Shown: piece after piece, positions 37,900 to 52,105 of the stretch
Position numbering within the stretch: the first letter of the stretch is position 1
Layout: each line of letters starts with the position of its first letter
Source: Octopus sinensis
Taxonomy: Eukaryota
Length of the DNA stretch: 64,000 bases
Direction of reading: 5' to 3'
NCBI RefSeq assembly: GCF_006345805.1
Contig: NC_043011.1
Span: forward strand, 5,890,001 to 5,954,000
Notes under the pieces: model-generated
Databases searched by the model: none
What the model was told of the DNA's origin: nothing
Seen by the model: only the letters and a program-made list of their open reading frames with translations
Made by a program: the position numbers and the translations under genes

Positions 37900-38556
37900 A
37901 GAAAGCTATTGGACAAGTAATGATCATTTCAAATTACAGGAGATCAGAAATTTTAGTGGGAGGGAGACAGCCCATTTACATTGACCCCAGTACTTGACTG
38001 GTACTATATTTTATCCATCTCAAAAGGATGAAAGACAAAGCTGACCTCAGCAGGATTTGAACTCAGAATGAAAAGAGCTGGAAGAAATACTGATAGGCAT
38101 TTTGTCCAACATGTTAATGATTCTACCAGTTCTTTGATGGGCTAATGGTATTAAATGAAGATCTTAATGGTAAATAATATTAAATGAAAACCAATTTCAG
38201 TCAAAGATTTGAGAGAAACTATGCAATCATCATTGCTGGATTGGAAGGAGTGAAAAAAATATACCAAACAACAGGATGCTGATGACAACAATGGAAAGAA
38301 GATGAAGATGATGACAATAATGAAGATGAAGATGGTAAAGACAAAGATGAAAGCAACGACAAAGACAACCAAAATCAGGGCAAAGGAGACGAGAGCAACA
38401 GAGATGATGATGAAAATGATGATGATGCTAATGTTGGTAGTAGTGGTGGTGAAGGCGTTATGAAGGGGATGAGGATGGTGGTGAGGGTGGTGCTGATAAC
38501 GGTAATTTCATTTATCAAGACATTTTATAAAATTACATTTACCAAACAGAAGCATA

Positions 38557-38602
<46 letters not shown>

Positions 38603-41269
38603 GGGAACAAAAATCTTTTTAAAAAAAACTTGTTAGAAAAGAAATCTAAAATGTGACTTAATTAAGATAAAAACTTATTATCCATTGTTAGTCATTAATA
38701 AAGTTCAAACATTGTTGAGATTAAGTTGAACATCAACCAATGTTAGCACCACATGTACGGGTTAATACCAAAAATACTTATTCTTAGATTACATAATTTG
38801 CTTAAAATAACCAACTTGTAACAGCAAACATCGTCACTGCAATCAGCTGGTTCCATTCGGAGGAGGAATTGTTACAATGGTGGTGGTGGTGGTGGTGGTG
38901 GTGGCAGTAATAGTAGTAGTGATGATAGTGGTGGATAGGGTGGTGGTGGTAGTTGTGGTAGTGCTGGTGGTGTTGGCGGCAGCAAGAGTCTACGAGACTG
39001 CTACTGTGTTCTTAATAAAATGACAGAATACCATCTTTTATAACCACCTCGACCCTCTGCGCCCACCCTCCCAGAATGTTCTATACCGATTGAGAGTGGA
39101 ATTGTTGTTGTTTTCATTTTATCTCAACTGCTATAATTATCTTCTTCTGTAAATAAAACAGGAATCTCCAGAAAATAAAGGAAACAATAAAAAGTCTACA
39201 AAGATTTGCTCTCAAGCCAAACGAAAACAAATGGGAATGAATTTATAAAACAAAAGAATCGTTATTTTGATAAAATAAAATAATTTGTGCCTCACTCCCC
39301 CACCCCACCCCATATTCTTATCTCAAACCCCATCCCTACCTCATTCATCCCTTTTGTAATCAACTTCATTCTTCAGAGTATCTCACCTGCCTCTGCTTCT
39401 TGCTGTTCCTGCAAAACTCCATGCTAAAAAGCCATCATGTAGTCCCTCAAGCGGTTAGAAATAGCAGCTAAATCCTTCTCAAAGCTCCCACTCTACTGTG
39501 CTGTGAAAGAAGAGATACATCGGATATCAAAAACGTGTAGCTTAGTAGTTAAGGTGATTGACTCCCAATCGTAATGTGAGTTCAATTCCTAGCAGTGTTT
39601 TGCGTCCTTGAGCAAGACACTTTATTTCATGTTGCTCAGTCCACTCAGCTGGCAAAAACTACATTAAGGGTGCATGTGTCTGAGGAGTACTCAGTCACTT
39701 GCACGTTAATTTCACAAGCAAGATGGCTTTTTTAACATTGGATATCATCTTGGATGACCAAGGCTGGAACACCTTTGATCACAGATCTGGACAGGACTGA
39801 CATGAGACTAAACAACACACCCCATCTACAAAACACCAATTCCTCTTTATCAAAACTGTTCCATGCAAGCTACAACAATCTTACCAACACTTCCTTATTT
39901 TCTCTCTCTCTCATCATCATCATCATTTAACGTCCACTTTCCATGCTGACATGGGTTGGACAGTTTGACTGAGGACTGGCAAGCCAAGAGGCTGCACCTG
40001 GCTCCAATCTGATCTGGCATGGTTTTTACAGCTGGATGCCCTTCCTAATGCCCACCACTCCGAGAGTGTAATGAGTGATTTTTACGTTCCACCAGCACGG
40101 GACCAGTCAGGTGGCACTGGCACCGACCACACTCGTATGGTGGTTTTTACGTTTCATCAAAATTAACATTTTACAATTAACAATCAGTAAAAGCTTTTAT
40201 TTACTAAAGATGACATTTTTTTCCCCTCAGAGAGGTGAAGGTGTGACAGTGTGGCTTTGACCCCAGTTGAGAATAATTTATAAGGGAGACAACCTCTCTG
40301 CTGTTGGTGCCACAAGAGAAGATGGGCCGAGGGCACTCTGTTAAGTAGTTGGTGCTAGTAAAGGTAGAAACCAAGCCAAATGATATGTATGAGCACTAGT
40401 CTATTTGAGGGGTGATTCCCAATAAGGAATCACTCCAACTGTGATAATCCATACAACCCATGCCAGCATGGAAAGCAGATGTAAAATGATGATGATGATG
40501 TGTTCAAACTAAAACTTCATCACCATCAAGTTTTTTAATGAGATAACACTTTCAAGAACAGAACAGAGTTTATTCTTTAATTAGGGTCCTTCAAGTAATA
40601 AGTCTTAACTAAAACCATATCATAAGACTCCTTCAGGGCTTCATACAACCCTTGTATTTCAACGCCTTAACCAGACATCTACTTCCATTGTCTCAGAGAC
40701 ACCAAAGTCTTGTGAGTGAAATTTGACCAACAATAATTGCCTGGAAGCCTAAGCTTCTGTCGTTGAAGATAATTCACTGGTCCTTGAAGTACCTTAGCAG
40801 AGTCCCTTATCTTACAAGCAAACACCACCAACCAATCTTTAGGTGTATTTAGCATGCAACAAGCACCACCACCTGGACCCTGGGCGCCTTTAACAGAATC
40901 TCCTCTTTTGCAAATCTTCATGACAGAGGACCACTTAGATGATAAATTCTTCCCATCAGTGTCAGAGACCCTAGAAAGGGTCATGGGTGTTGTCCTTCCT
41001 CCTCAGAAGAAGCAATTAAAAAAAAAAAATCTACATCATCACTTAACTATTTAACCTCTACACATCATACACACCATTAATCATTATTTTATCAATTAAA
41101 CCTATTTAAATATCTTGTGTTGATGATGCAGAGTTTTAGAGCCATGAATGACACTTTTCTCGACCTTAATTTCCGTCTCCCTTCTGTTGTCCCTGCAGGT
41201 CAGTGTTAGGTTTAACACTGAAAACATGTGACACTGTTAACTCCCTTCATCAAATCTAAGTAGAGACTT

Positions 41270-41712
41270 CAAACTTGAAATCTTCAAAGCCACAGTCGAA
41301 CCAATTCTACTATATGGCTCAGAAACCTGGACGTTATCAAAGAAGCTTGAGAGGCGGTTGGATGGAACCTACACTCGCCTCCTTAAGAGAGCTCAAAATC
41401 TCTCGTGGAAGCGCCATCCAACCAAAATGCAAATATATGGGAAACTACCACCTGTATCATCTCTTGTGAAAGGTAGGAGAGTCCAGTTTGCTGGACATTG
41501 TTGTACTGCTGAAAAAGAGGTAATTTCTACTCATCACTTCTGGAAGCCATCTACTCGCAATACCAGAGGGTGCACACTCTCCTACCCTGATGTAATCTCC
41601 AGGGATATAGGCATCCAGCAACAGGACCTCTGTAATGCCATGATGGACCGTGAAGTCTGGCGTAGCATGGTAAATTCCATTGTCTCGACCACGGTCAAAC
41701 AATGATGATGAT
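41270..41712 (+). mobile_element. RTE-clade LINE 3' fragment with (TGA)n tail
   Basis: IFKATVEPILLYGSETWTL..RRVQFAGHC..AMMDREVWRSMV, then a stop and TGATGATGA. Confidence 0.85.
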
Positions 41713-41874
41713 GGCTCCTTTATTTCAACAATGGCACTCCTCTTAAACAACAGCAAAAATTAATTTTGCTTCTTTGTAGAAGTCTAACACCAAACTACTT
41801 AAAATATCACGGAAAATGTCTGCAGCCACTGAAACAAATCACAATAAAACCACACACACACACTATTTGGGGAA

Positions 41875-41907
<33 letters not shown>

Positions 41908-42367
41908 CAGAGAGAGTAAAAGTCTTGTTCCCATTGCGGGAAGGGATGAATACTTTACTCGCATCATCTTCAAATAAGAATTCTAAGAAGTAATTTAAAC
42001 CAGAATAAAGTTATTTATAAACAAAGGCTATTTAAGGAGAAAATAACACCACAATAAGACAATAAAGTTTTATGTTATCAATGGGAAAATAAAAAAAGTA
42101 AATCAACCAAATAATGTGTTGTTTTTCAGAAAAAAAGAAAAAAAGGATTAAAAAAAAACCTATTTGATAAAAAGAAAATATAATGGTAACTAGAATTCCT
42201 TGATACATAATAATAATAATGTCTGTGGAAAAATGAAGCAGCTTTTGTTCTTAGTCTTCTTTCTACGTTTGACAGAATATTTCTGCTTAAAAATGTCTTT
42301 TCCAAGATTTGTTTTTTTAAATTTTTTTAACATTCTTTAATGATATATACAAGTGAGCATGTGCGTA

Positions 42368-42405
<38 letters not shown>

Positions 42406-43360
42406 CGCGTGTGTGTGTGTGACTTTGTGTGCCGGTGTGTCTTTGTGTGTGTGTGTATGTGCGCGTGTGTCTTTGTATGTGTATATATGTGTTTATGTGT
42501 GTGTATATATGTGTGAGTATATATGTGTGTGTGAGTATATATGTGTGTGTGTATGTGTGTATATATATATGTGTGAGTATGTGTATATATATATGTGTGC
42601 GTGTGTATATGTGTGTGTGTATATGTGTGTGTGTGTATATGTGTGTGTGTATATATGTGTGTGTGTGTATATATGTATGTGTGTGTATATATGTGTGTGT
42701 GTAGATAGATAGATAAACATATAGATAGATGGATAGAAAGACAGACAGACAGATAGATATGAGTTTATGTTTTTTCATCCAGAGCAAACAGTAAAAGCTG
42801 TCTTTTACAAGACAAACTTGAGTTAATTTTGCTTTCAAAATGAAGCTCAGTCATTCATCATATTGCTGGTGTTTGTCTTGTTAACTTAAAAATGGTGTCT
42901 GGCTGAAGAAATATTTACTTTAATAACTCGCAATATATTTCTTTACCACATAATAACTTACAAATCTCACAATAACTGCTTTTTGTGATGATATATTTCC
43001 ATGTCTGGTTCTTGTGTCTGTTGTTGTTGACTTTTGTTCTTTTTCCTTCTCCCCCCCTCCACCAATATTTTCTCTACATAAAAACCATGGAGCTTTTTAA
43101 AATAAATGAAAATCTTTCCTTATCCAATGAACACAATACCACCTTGTTATTAATATCGTTATCATCACTATTGCTATCTCCATGTCATCATCGTCATCAT
43201 CATCGCTGTCATCATCATCGCTGTCATCACCATTGTTATCACTTTATCACCATTGTTATCACTTTATCATCGTTGTTATCATTGCCATCATCATCATCAC
43301 CTTATCATCACATCAACCATCTCCTCCCTGATTCTACCTTCAGGGAGTTTATAAACAGCC

Positions 43361-43589
43361 TTAACCCTTTAGTGTTCAGATTACTCTGTTAAATGTAATA
43401 CTTTTTCACTCAAATTGTTTTGAATTAATCATGCATTATCTCATAGCTTTTAAGGTTTCAATGATGTGATTGTCTATTTTTAGAATGTCAATATAGGTTA
43501 GGTGTGAGAGGCTGGATATGGCCAGTTTGAATATAAAACATGTAGAATATCTGGGCCAGATATGGCCAGTTTAAACACTAAAGGGTTAA
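43361..43589. mobile_element. piggyBac-like MITE, second family
   Basis: TTAA-CCCTTTAG ... CTAAAGGG-TTAA. Related to 7781-8435 and, inverted, to 25611-25796. Confidence 0.75.
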
Positions 43590-44099
43590 ACCTTTTTGAT
43601 ACCAACCCCGCTGACACCACCCCTGGCTCTCATACAAATTTCCCATTTTAAAGTGATCTAAAGAAAAAAACCTTCCAACATATTTCAAATGAATTTTTCC
43701 TGCAAACACCAGTTTCATTACGACAAGAGTTATTTCACTAAAATCTTCGTTATTTTCAGAACGAATCAAAACAAAGGCAATTTGTTGTTTTTTAAACAAA
43801 GAAGCAGTAATAAAACAGATAAAGTGCAGTTGAGGTTTAATGAGCTGTAAAAAAAGAAGCATTTGTATATTAGATAACCTAATTAGCCACAGAGGTGAAT
43901 GCCCTGAAAGTGTGATAGCTAAAGTAAGAACTGGGTGGAGAAAAGCTCACGGTGCTATTGTTGCTTCTGTTGACAGCCAGAGAATTCTGTGTCTGAGTGA
44001 AAGGCAGATTCTATGAAGTGTAAAAACTGGAGAGATTGAAAGAAACAGGCTCTGCTGGAAGAGTAAGGTTTGTGTGTTTGAGTGACAGAGAATGGATGA

Positions 44100-44415
44100 G
44101 GTGAGAAAAAGACTGGGTATAAGAGGAATCCGATGTAGCATGGAGGAGAGAAGATGGAGTTGATAGGTATAGAGATACGATGTGTAAAGAGGATGGTGGT
44201 TGAGTGAAGAAATGCCAAGAGATTGATTGAGAAGGATCATGTGCAAGAGGGTGACCAAGGAAGACATGGGGAGAAGAGTCGAGGTAAAAGATGATCTCAG
44301 GGAAGCTGAATGTCACAAAAAAGATGACCACAACAAATGGTGAGGTGCTGTGCCAGAGAAGATCTGTTCAACCCATGCAAATATGGAGAAGTAAATGTAA
44401 AATGATGATGATGAG
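44100..44415 (+). mobile_element. Decayed RTE LINE 3' fragment
   Basis: LGIRGIRC..EERR, RG.PRKTW-like translation with frameshifts. Ends CAACCCATGC...AAATGATGATGATGA. Confidence 0.6.
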
Positions 44416-45645
44416 TCTTTCTACAATAGACACAAGGTCTGAAATTTGAAAGGGGAAATGAACCTCAGTGGAATTTGAACACAGAACGTAAAGCCTGAGG
44501 AAATGCAGCAAAGCATGAAATGCTAATAATTCATTCTGCCATTTCACCATTTTAATGGAGGTAAATGCATATGATGATGAAGATGATGATGATGATGACA
44601 ACAAAGCTGACAATGACACCAACAGAGACATTACAACAATGACACTGATGATGATGATGACGATGCTGAAGATGGCAACGATGAAAACGACAACAATGAT
44701 GATGACAATGATGATGATGATGACAATAATGATGATGACAATGATGATGACGACAATGATGATGACGACAATGATGATGACAATGATGATGATGACAATG
44801 ATGATGAGATATTTCTTTACATTACTTACCCCGGTTACCACTCATTCAGTACACCTTCCACCACTGCTAATTAAGTCACCAAATTAATGAAAGCTATCAA
44901 CTACTTATTACAGGAATTTTCAAACATTTCAAGGAATTTATCTCACAACTATTCTTACTGCTAATTACTCTTGTGCATATAAAGTCTAACTTCTGATCCC
45001 ATTGCAACACTTGTGCACCCATAACCTACACGGGGTACCCAACCTGAGATTCCTACCAACTCCTTTCCTGAATACCAAGCAAGGCCTTTTCCTAAACGGT
45101 AAAGAGAGTCTTATAAGGCAGCAAGCTGGGAGAATTGTTAGCACACCAGGAGAAATGCTTAGCAGCATTTTGTCTGTCATTACGTTCTGAGTTCAAATTC
45201 CGCTGAGGCTGACTTCTCCTTTCATCCTTTTGAGGTCAATAAATTAAGTACCAGTTGCATTCTGGGGTTGATCTAATCGACTGGCCACCTCCCGCAAAAT
45301 TTCAGGCCTTTTACCTAGAGTAGAAAAGGCAAAGAGAGAGTCTTATCCTTTCATGCCAACTAAAATTATTGTTCCAGAGATGTATTTGTCTGGGGAGTGA
45401 TTTGATCTGGGACCCCCTACGTTCAAACTACAGTAAGTAAAGTGTAGAAGACACATTTTCCATATCCAAAAACAACACAGAGAAACTTTACTTCATTTAA
45501 TCTGTTATTATTTGGTGTCAATACGGCAGGGGGCTGGACGAAATGCTTAGCAGTGTTTTGCCCCCCCCCCCACTACGTTCTTAGTTCAAATTCCACCTGG
45601 GTCGACGTTGCCTTTCATCCTTTCAAGGTCGATTAAATAAGTACC

Positions 45646-45876
45646 TATGTTTTTATTACCCACAAGGGGCTAAACACAGAGGGGACAAACAAGGACAGAC
45701 ATAGGTATTAAGTCGATTACATCGACCCCAGTGCGTAACTGGTACTTAATTTATCGACCCCGAAAGATGAAAGGCAAAGTCAACCTCGGCGGAATTTGAA
45801 CTCATAACGTAACACAGACGAAGTACCGCTAAGCATTTCGCCCGGCGTGCTAACGTTTCTGCCAGCTCGCCGCCTT
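45646..45876 (-). mobile_element. Full-length SINE family B inserted into another family B copy
   Basis: TSD ATTAAATAAGTACC (45632-45645, 45877-45890). The host copy resumes on the right. Confidence 0.85.
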
Positions 45877-47577
45877 ATTAAATAAGTACCAGTTGCACAC
45901 TGGGGTCAATGTAATCGACTTAATCCCTTCCCCCAAATTTGAGGCCTTGTGTTTCTAGTAGAAAGGATTATTTGGTGCCAATATTTTCGTCACATTGTTT
46001 TGGCCACTAACAACAGCCCCACTGTAACTCAGGGGAACCAGGTCTGTGACAAGGTCACAATGAATGCAATGGAAATTTTGACACCAAATAAATCTTTCAT
46101 CTTTTTACTTGTTTTAGTCATTAGACTGTGGCCATGCTGGGGCACTACCTTCAAGGGTTTAATTTAATAAATCCACTCCAGTACTTTTTTTTTATTTCTT
46201 GAAGTCTAATAAATTATTCTATAGGTCTCTTTTTACCAAGCCACTAAGTGACAGGGTTGTAAACAAACTAACAGAGGTTGTCAAGCAGTGGTGGGGAACA
46301 AACACAAAGACACTCAGATTTATGCACACACACACACAGGGTTCTCTATTACACAATCTAAAGAACCACAATAAACAGGAGGGAGCTAGGAATGGAGCCC
46401 TGACAGACACCTACCTGCATACTGACAAAAGAGGAAACAAAAAAACAGGTCATTGGAAATATTGCAGAAAAAAAAAGAACCAAAAAAAAAAGTATAAAGA
46501 AATTGATATTTTAAAACCTGCCTAAATATTTTCCTCACATGTTAACATTATTTTATTTATGTATAATTACAGAGGCTGAGGGGGTGGGGGGTCCAGAGAA
46601 GTTGTTCAGCTGTCTCCAACACTCACTCACTCACTCACCACTGGGCTACTACTGTCTGTACTGTGAAATGAAAAGCAGCTGTTTTCCTCTCCTAAAGTAG
46701 ATTATTAACAGCCATAGGGGGAGTTTGGCAGAACATGTGTGAATAATGAATGAACAGAAACAATTGACCACGGAGAGAGAAGTGGGGGGGGGTAACTGAG
46801 AGGCCAGAGGACTTTGTGTCATGTGACAATGTTGTGATGGTTGTTTTAAGCAGAGAATTGTTTCTAAGGAACTAAAAATAGTTTGCTCACAATATAAATA
46901 AATGTGAGCCCTGATCCCCCTGAAGGTCCCTTTGTGTGGTGGCCCAACTTGCTAAAAATAGAATTTAATATTCCCTTACTTCACACTCTAATGTAATTCT
47001 AGATGAGCTGTGTCTAAATAAAAAATAAGACAGGGTGGTCATAACTAGAACATATTTGATCATTGGTTCTCGAGAATTAGAGATCAACTCGGGGCTGAAC
47101 AACCATTAGTAAGAGTACCTCTATAAAGTTTCTTTGCTAGAAATAGTAGACAAATTTCCCTCAAATCTCACTCTATCAATGAAGAATACATTGGAGAAAA
47201 TGTGGTCCTAAATGTGTGTGAGTGAGTGAGAGAGAGAGAGGGTGGGGGAGAAGGATGCCGCAGAAGATATCTCAAGGGGTCACAAGTGATAGCAGACATC
47301 TCCGAGGAACCACAAGCAGCAACAAGCAACTCAAATCTTGTTGGGGTCAGCTTAGCTTTTCCTCCTTTCAGGGTCAATAAAATAAAGAACGAATCCACGA
47401 TGGAACTGAAGGAATTGCCAGGCTGGATGCCTTGTGCTATTTAATCCAGTTCCTTGGGTCTTGGGTTCAAATCTCACCTTTTCTTGAGAGAATGTCACTT
47501 TCCTTTAGTCTCAGTAATGATGGTGATAATCAAATACAACTATCACCAGTATAACAAAACAAGGGTGTACACACACA

Positions 47578-47626
<49 letters not shown>

Positions 47627-48243
47627 GAGAAACAGGCAGACAGGCCAGCAGAGTCAATCTGGCACCCCATGTTAACAGGGGAGCCAGATTGACACCCCAT
47701 GTTAGTAGGGCTGTCAGATTGCCAGTCAGAATTGTCAACAAGCTGTATCACATTACACACACATGGCCATACCTACACCTACCCAAAACGCACGCATGCA
47801 TGCACACACACACACAAGCATGTGCTGTACAACTTGACAAGCACACCTGACCTTCAAATGTCACAAAACCATGATCCAGATGTAAACAAGTACAATAAGT
47901 AAACATATCAGATGTAAACAATGGGAGCACTATAAAAGTGACGAGTGTGTGTTAGCTGGCCATGCTGGGTTCAAATTTCTATCATGGCTAGACCTTGTAG
48001 GTTTATTGTCCCCAGTACTTCAAATAAAAGACAGTCTTCAGTGGTGGCCTGATAACCTCATCAATTACCAGGTACCATATCACCGCAGGTATGAAGTGTG
48101 AGGTTAAGGAGTCTGTTTTGCAATCAAATGGTTCTGGGTTCAATCCTACTGTGTAGTACATTGATGGGATTAAAAAGTTGAGTAATGTTTTCATGCTTGG
48201 AACTGTAAACTAAGAATAACACTGGTCAAAAATATGTAATATA

Positions 48244-48718
<475 letters not shown>

Positions 48719-48840
48719 TACTAACACACAGAAAAATTAAAACAAAACACGCGGATGAAAAGAATCTTGTGGTGTGAAGAATCAACACAGAACAACGGAC
48801 CGCACAGACAAGGGTGAAGTGAAACACAACACACCATGCA

Positions 48841-48886
48841 GTTGTCATGGTAACAAGTTCTTAAGGACTCACTGTCTGTTGATTGG
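48841..48886. promoter_or_regulatory. X-box-like GTTGTCATGGTAAC plus ATTGG (CCAAT box) about 27 bp away
   Basis: Motif pair in unique sequence. Function is unverified. Confidence 0.25.
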
Positions 48887-49089
48887 CTAAAATTACCCAA
48901 ATTTCCCCAACTTTAATTCTAAATAACATCAGATTCTTTAATTTACGAGATAAAGTAATTAGTTGATTGTAATCAAAATTTAGAGTTGCACCAATGCATC
49001 AAAATTGAAAGCAATCTGAGCAAAATTAAAGGGGGGGGGGCTCATTTTGTGAATGAAACTAACTAGATTCTTGTTCTGATTTTAATTCA

Positions 49090-49282
49090 TGTCCATTGTC
49101 TGGAAATCTTTCATCACACATCTGCGACCTCTTCAGCAATACATTCCATCCTCGTGTGTGCGCCTGCTCCACTTAGTCCATGGACTAGAGAATGGACTAA
49201 GCAGAGCAGGAGTACTTAGAGGACAGGAAGTATCACTGAAGAGGTCACAGATGTGTGATGAAAGATTTCCGGACAATGGACA
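49090..49282. mobile_element. About 190-bp foldback element with hammerhead-like cores in both arms
   Basis: TGTCCATTGTCTGGAAATCTTTCATCACACATCTG.GACCTCTTCAG mirrors CTGAAGAGGTCACAGATGTGTGATGAAAGATTTCCGGACAATGGACA. The centre is TTAGTCCAT / ATGGACTAA. Confidence 0.85.
49230..49275 (+). ncRNA. Degenerate minimal hammerhead-like motif (mirrored on minus strand at about 49100-49140)
   Basis: CUGAAGA(49236-49242)-G-GUCACA-gaug-UGUGAU-GAAA(49260-49263)-GAUU-UC. Stem II is 6 bp with one extra G, and stem I is weak. Confidence 0.45.
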
Positions 49283-49748
49283 GGAGTTAGAATAAGAACG
49301 GTAATAAATGGGTGAAGAACAAAATATATATAGTATACGTGTTTATTTGGCAAAAATAAAGAAAAAGTGACCATCCTGAAATGCAACAATATCTGTTTCA
49401 ACACACGGTTTCACATCAGGAATCTTGCAACACAATTTCATAGATGTGTGTGTGTGTGTGTCTGCCTGCCTCCCTGCAAGTGTTTTCCATTTAATACACA
49501 ACATAATATGTTTGGCCTTAAATATCACTTGTTTTGTATTCAGTTCACAATTTCCTTTTTTTTGTCCTAATTTTGTTTGGCTTTTTTTTTTTGTTATTTT
49601 TCAAATATGCCAAGTATGAGAAAGGTTAAACTCTAAGAATTTTCAAATTGAAATGACAGAAAAAAGTGGGGGGGGGGGGGGAAAGAATCAAAAGAAGAAT
49701 ATCAAATTCCATTTTTTTTTACTAACTACACCCCCACCCATCTTTTAT

Positions 49749-49799
<51 letters not shown>

Positions 49800-50524
49800 A
49801 ATATTATTATTATTATTACTATTATCACTATTATTATTGATATTATTTATTATTGTTTTCTGTATTTTATACAAACAAAGAATTGAAATATCTCACAGAT
49901 CAGTGAAGAGGAAATTTCAGAGTTTGTTGTCATTGTGTGACTTAGTACAGAAGGTTTTCTCTGACTGTAGACTTTTCTGTAGAAACTAGCACAGAACGCA
50001 GAAATTTTATTCAGCACTCCCTCCACCACCACGACCACCACCTCCCCTCACATTTCTCTGATACCTGATTGATCTCAATGAAAAATATTGATACAAATTA
50101 TTGAGTTTCTAATGAGACACACACACACCCATGCCATCGGTCCAATACAAAAATCCTGCCCAGGTTACATCACAACACCAAGACAACTATTTCACCTCAA
50201 CTGACACAGCTCTCTTTAAATATTATGCCAAGACACATAAGAGAAGAAAAAGATCTCGTAACATCCAAATGGTTCCTGGAGGAATATCTCCAACAAATTC
50301 CAGATAAACCAGCTACATCCAGATGTATCTCTGCAAACAATAACTCTTTACTCAAATGGCCTATGGTGCCTAAAGAATGATTCTAATATGAAAGATCATT
50401 AAATGTCTTTTTCAGGTGGTGCTATTAAGACAGTCATGGCCCGAGACAATTCTGGCTGAAACTTAGATGAGTATCCAAGTATATTCACACACCAAATAGT
50501 GTGTGTGTGTGCGCGCTATACTCT

Positions 50525-50912
50525 CTCTTTACTTGTTTCAGTCATTTGACTGCGGCCATGCTGGAGCACCGCCTTTTATCAAGCAACTCGACCCTGGGAC
50601 TTATTCTTTTGTAAGTCCAGTACTTATGCTATCAGTCTCTTTTGCCAAACCGCTAAGTAACGGGGACATAAACACACCAGCATCGGTTGTCAAGCAATGC
50701 TAGGGGGACAAACACACACACACAAACACGCATATGTATATATATATATATACGATGGGCTTCTTTCAGTTTCCGTCTACCAAATCCACTCACAAGGCTT
50801 TGGTTGGCCCGAGGCGATAGTAGAAGACACTTGCCCAAGGTGCCACGCAGTGGGACTGAACCCGGAACCATGTGGTTGGTAAACAAGCTACTTACCACAC
50901 AACCACTCCTGC
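50525..50912 (-). mobile_element. SINE family A
   Basis: Reverse complement of family A. Confidence 0.85.
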
Positions 50913-51160
50913 TATATATATTTAGCATCATCATTTCGGGTCCACTTCCCCGTGCATGCATAGGTCAGATGGGATTCACTAGGGGACTATTTCTATGGCC
51001 AGATGTCCTTCGTGTCACCAATGTTTACCCATTACCATGTAAGGTAATATTTCTTGACGGCCAGTCGTGTTTTCAGGGATGATTGGAAATGAAAGATAGT
51101 GCTTGTATGACATGGCAATACTCATTTACAACAACTGTGTAATGTGAAGACAAGGAGTTA

Positions 51161-51201
<41 letters not shown>

Positions 51202-51289
51202 GAATGTCACTCTCTCCTTCTCTCTCTCTCTCTTTCTCTCTCTTTATGGTAACCTTATTCATCATTCTATGCATTGAATGAAAGGCTGG

Positions 51290-51705
51290 TGACATGAGCA
51301 GACCTGACCAGTTAGAAGTGCCACAGCAATTTCCAACTTTCGTCCGTCACCTCTGCTTCAAACTCTGCAGATTTGCAAAGAGACTGAATGGTCATCTGAG
51401 AGACCATGGCCGGAAAGTCAGAAATGTTGTTGACAAAAGGAAGCACAAGGAAATGGCAATCGTCTGCAATGACGGAGCAATATGTCATGCTTGACAAGAA
51501 GACCCATCAAGTCGTGGAAGTTACTGGCGTCATGCAAATGGCACCCGTGCCAGTGGCACGTAAAAACACACATTACATTCTTGGAGTGGTTGGTGTTAGA
51601 AACAATGCGGAATCAGACTGGGGTCTAGTGCAGCACCTCAGCTTACCAGCCGTGGTCAAACCATCCAACCCATGCCACAATGGACATTAAATGATGATGA
51701 TGATG
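51290..51705 (+). mobile_element. Decayed RTE-related fragment plus family D tail
   Basis: Ends CCATCCAACCCATGCC...TTAAATGATGATGATGA, as in the dispersed family D copies. Confidence 0.5.
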
Positions 51706-51773
51706 ATATATATATCATCATTACCATCATCATCCCTGCCCTTAGAATTGCTGGCCATGTACCTAAATTAGAA

Positions 51774-51813
<40 letters not shown>

Positions 51814-52005
51814 GGCAGCGAGCTGGCAGAATCATTAGCACGCAGGACAAAATGCTTAGTGGTATTTCGCCCATCACTATGTTTTGAGTTCAAATTCTAC
51901 CAAGGTCACTTTGCCTCTCATCCTTTTGGGATCAATAAAATAAGTACCAGTTGAATATTGGGGTTGATATAATTGACTCATCCCACTTCCCCCAAAATTT
52001 GAAAC

Positions 52006-52045
<40 letters not shown>

Positions 52046-52073
52046 GTTACTGTTATTATTATTATTATTATTA

Positions 52074-52105
<32 letters not shown>

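Noticed and set aside
40790-41054. Protein-like frame (MQQAPPPGPWAPLTESPLLQIF...)
   Set aside because: No recognisable domain or convincing splice sites.
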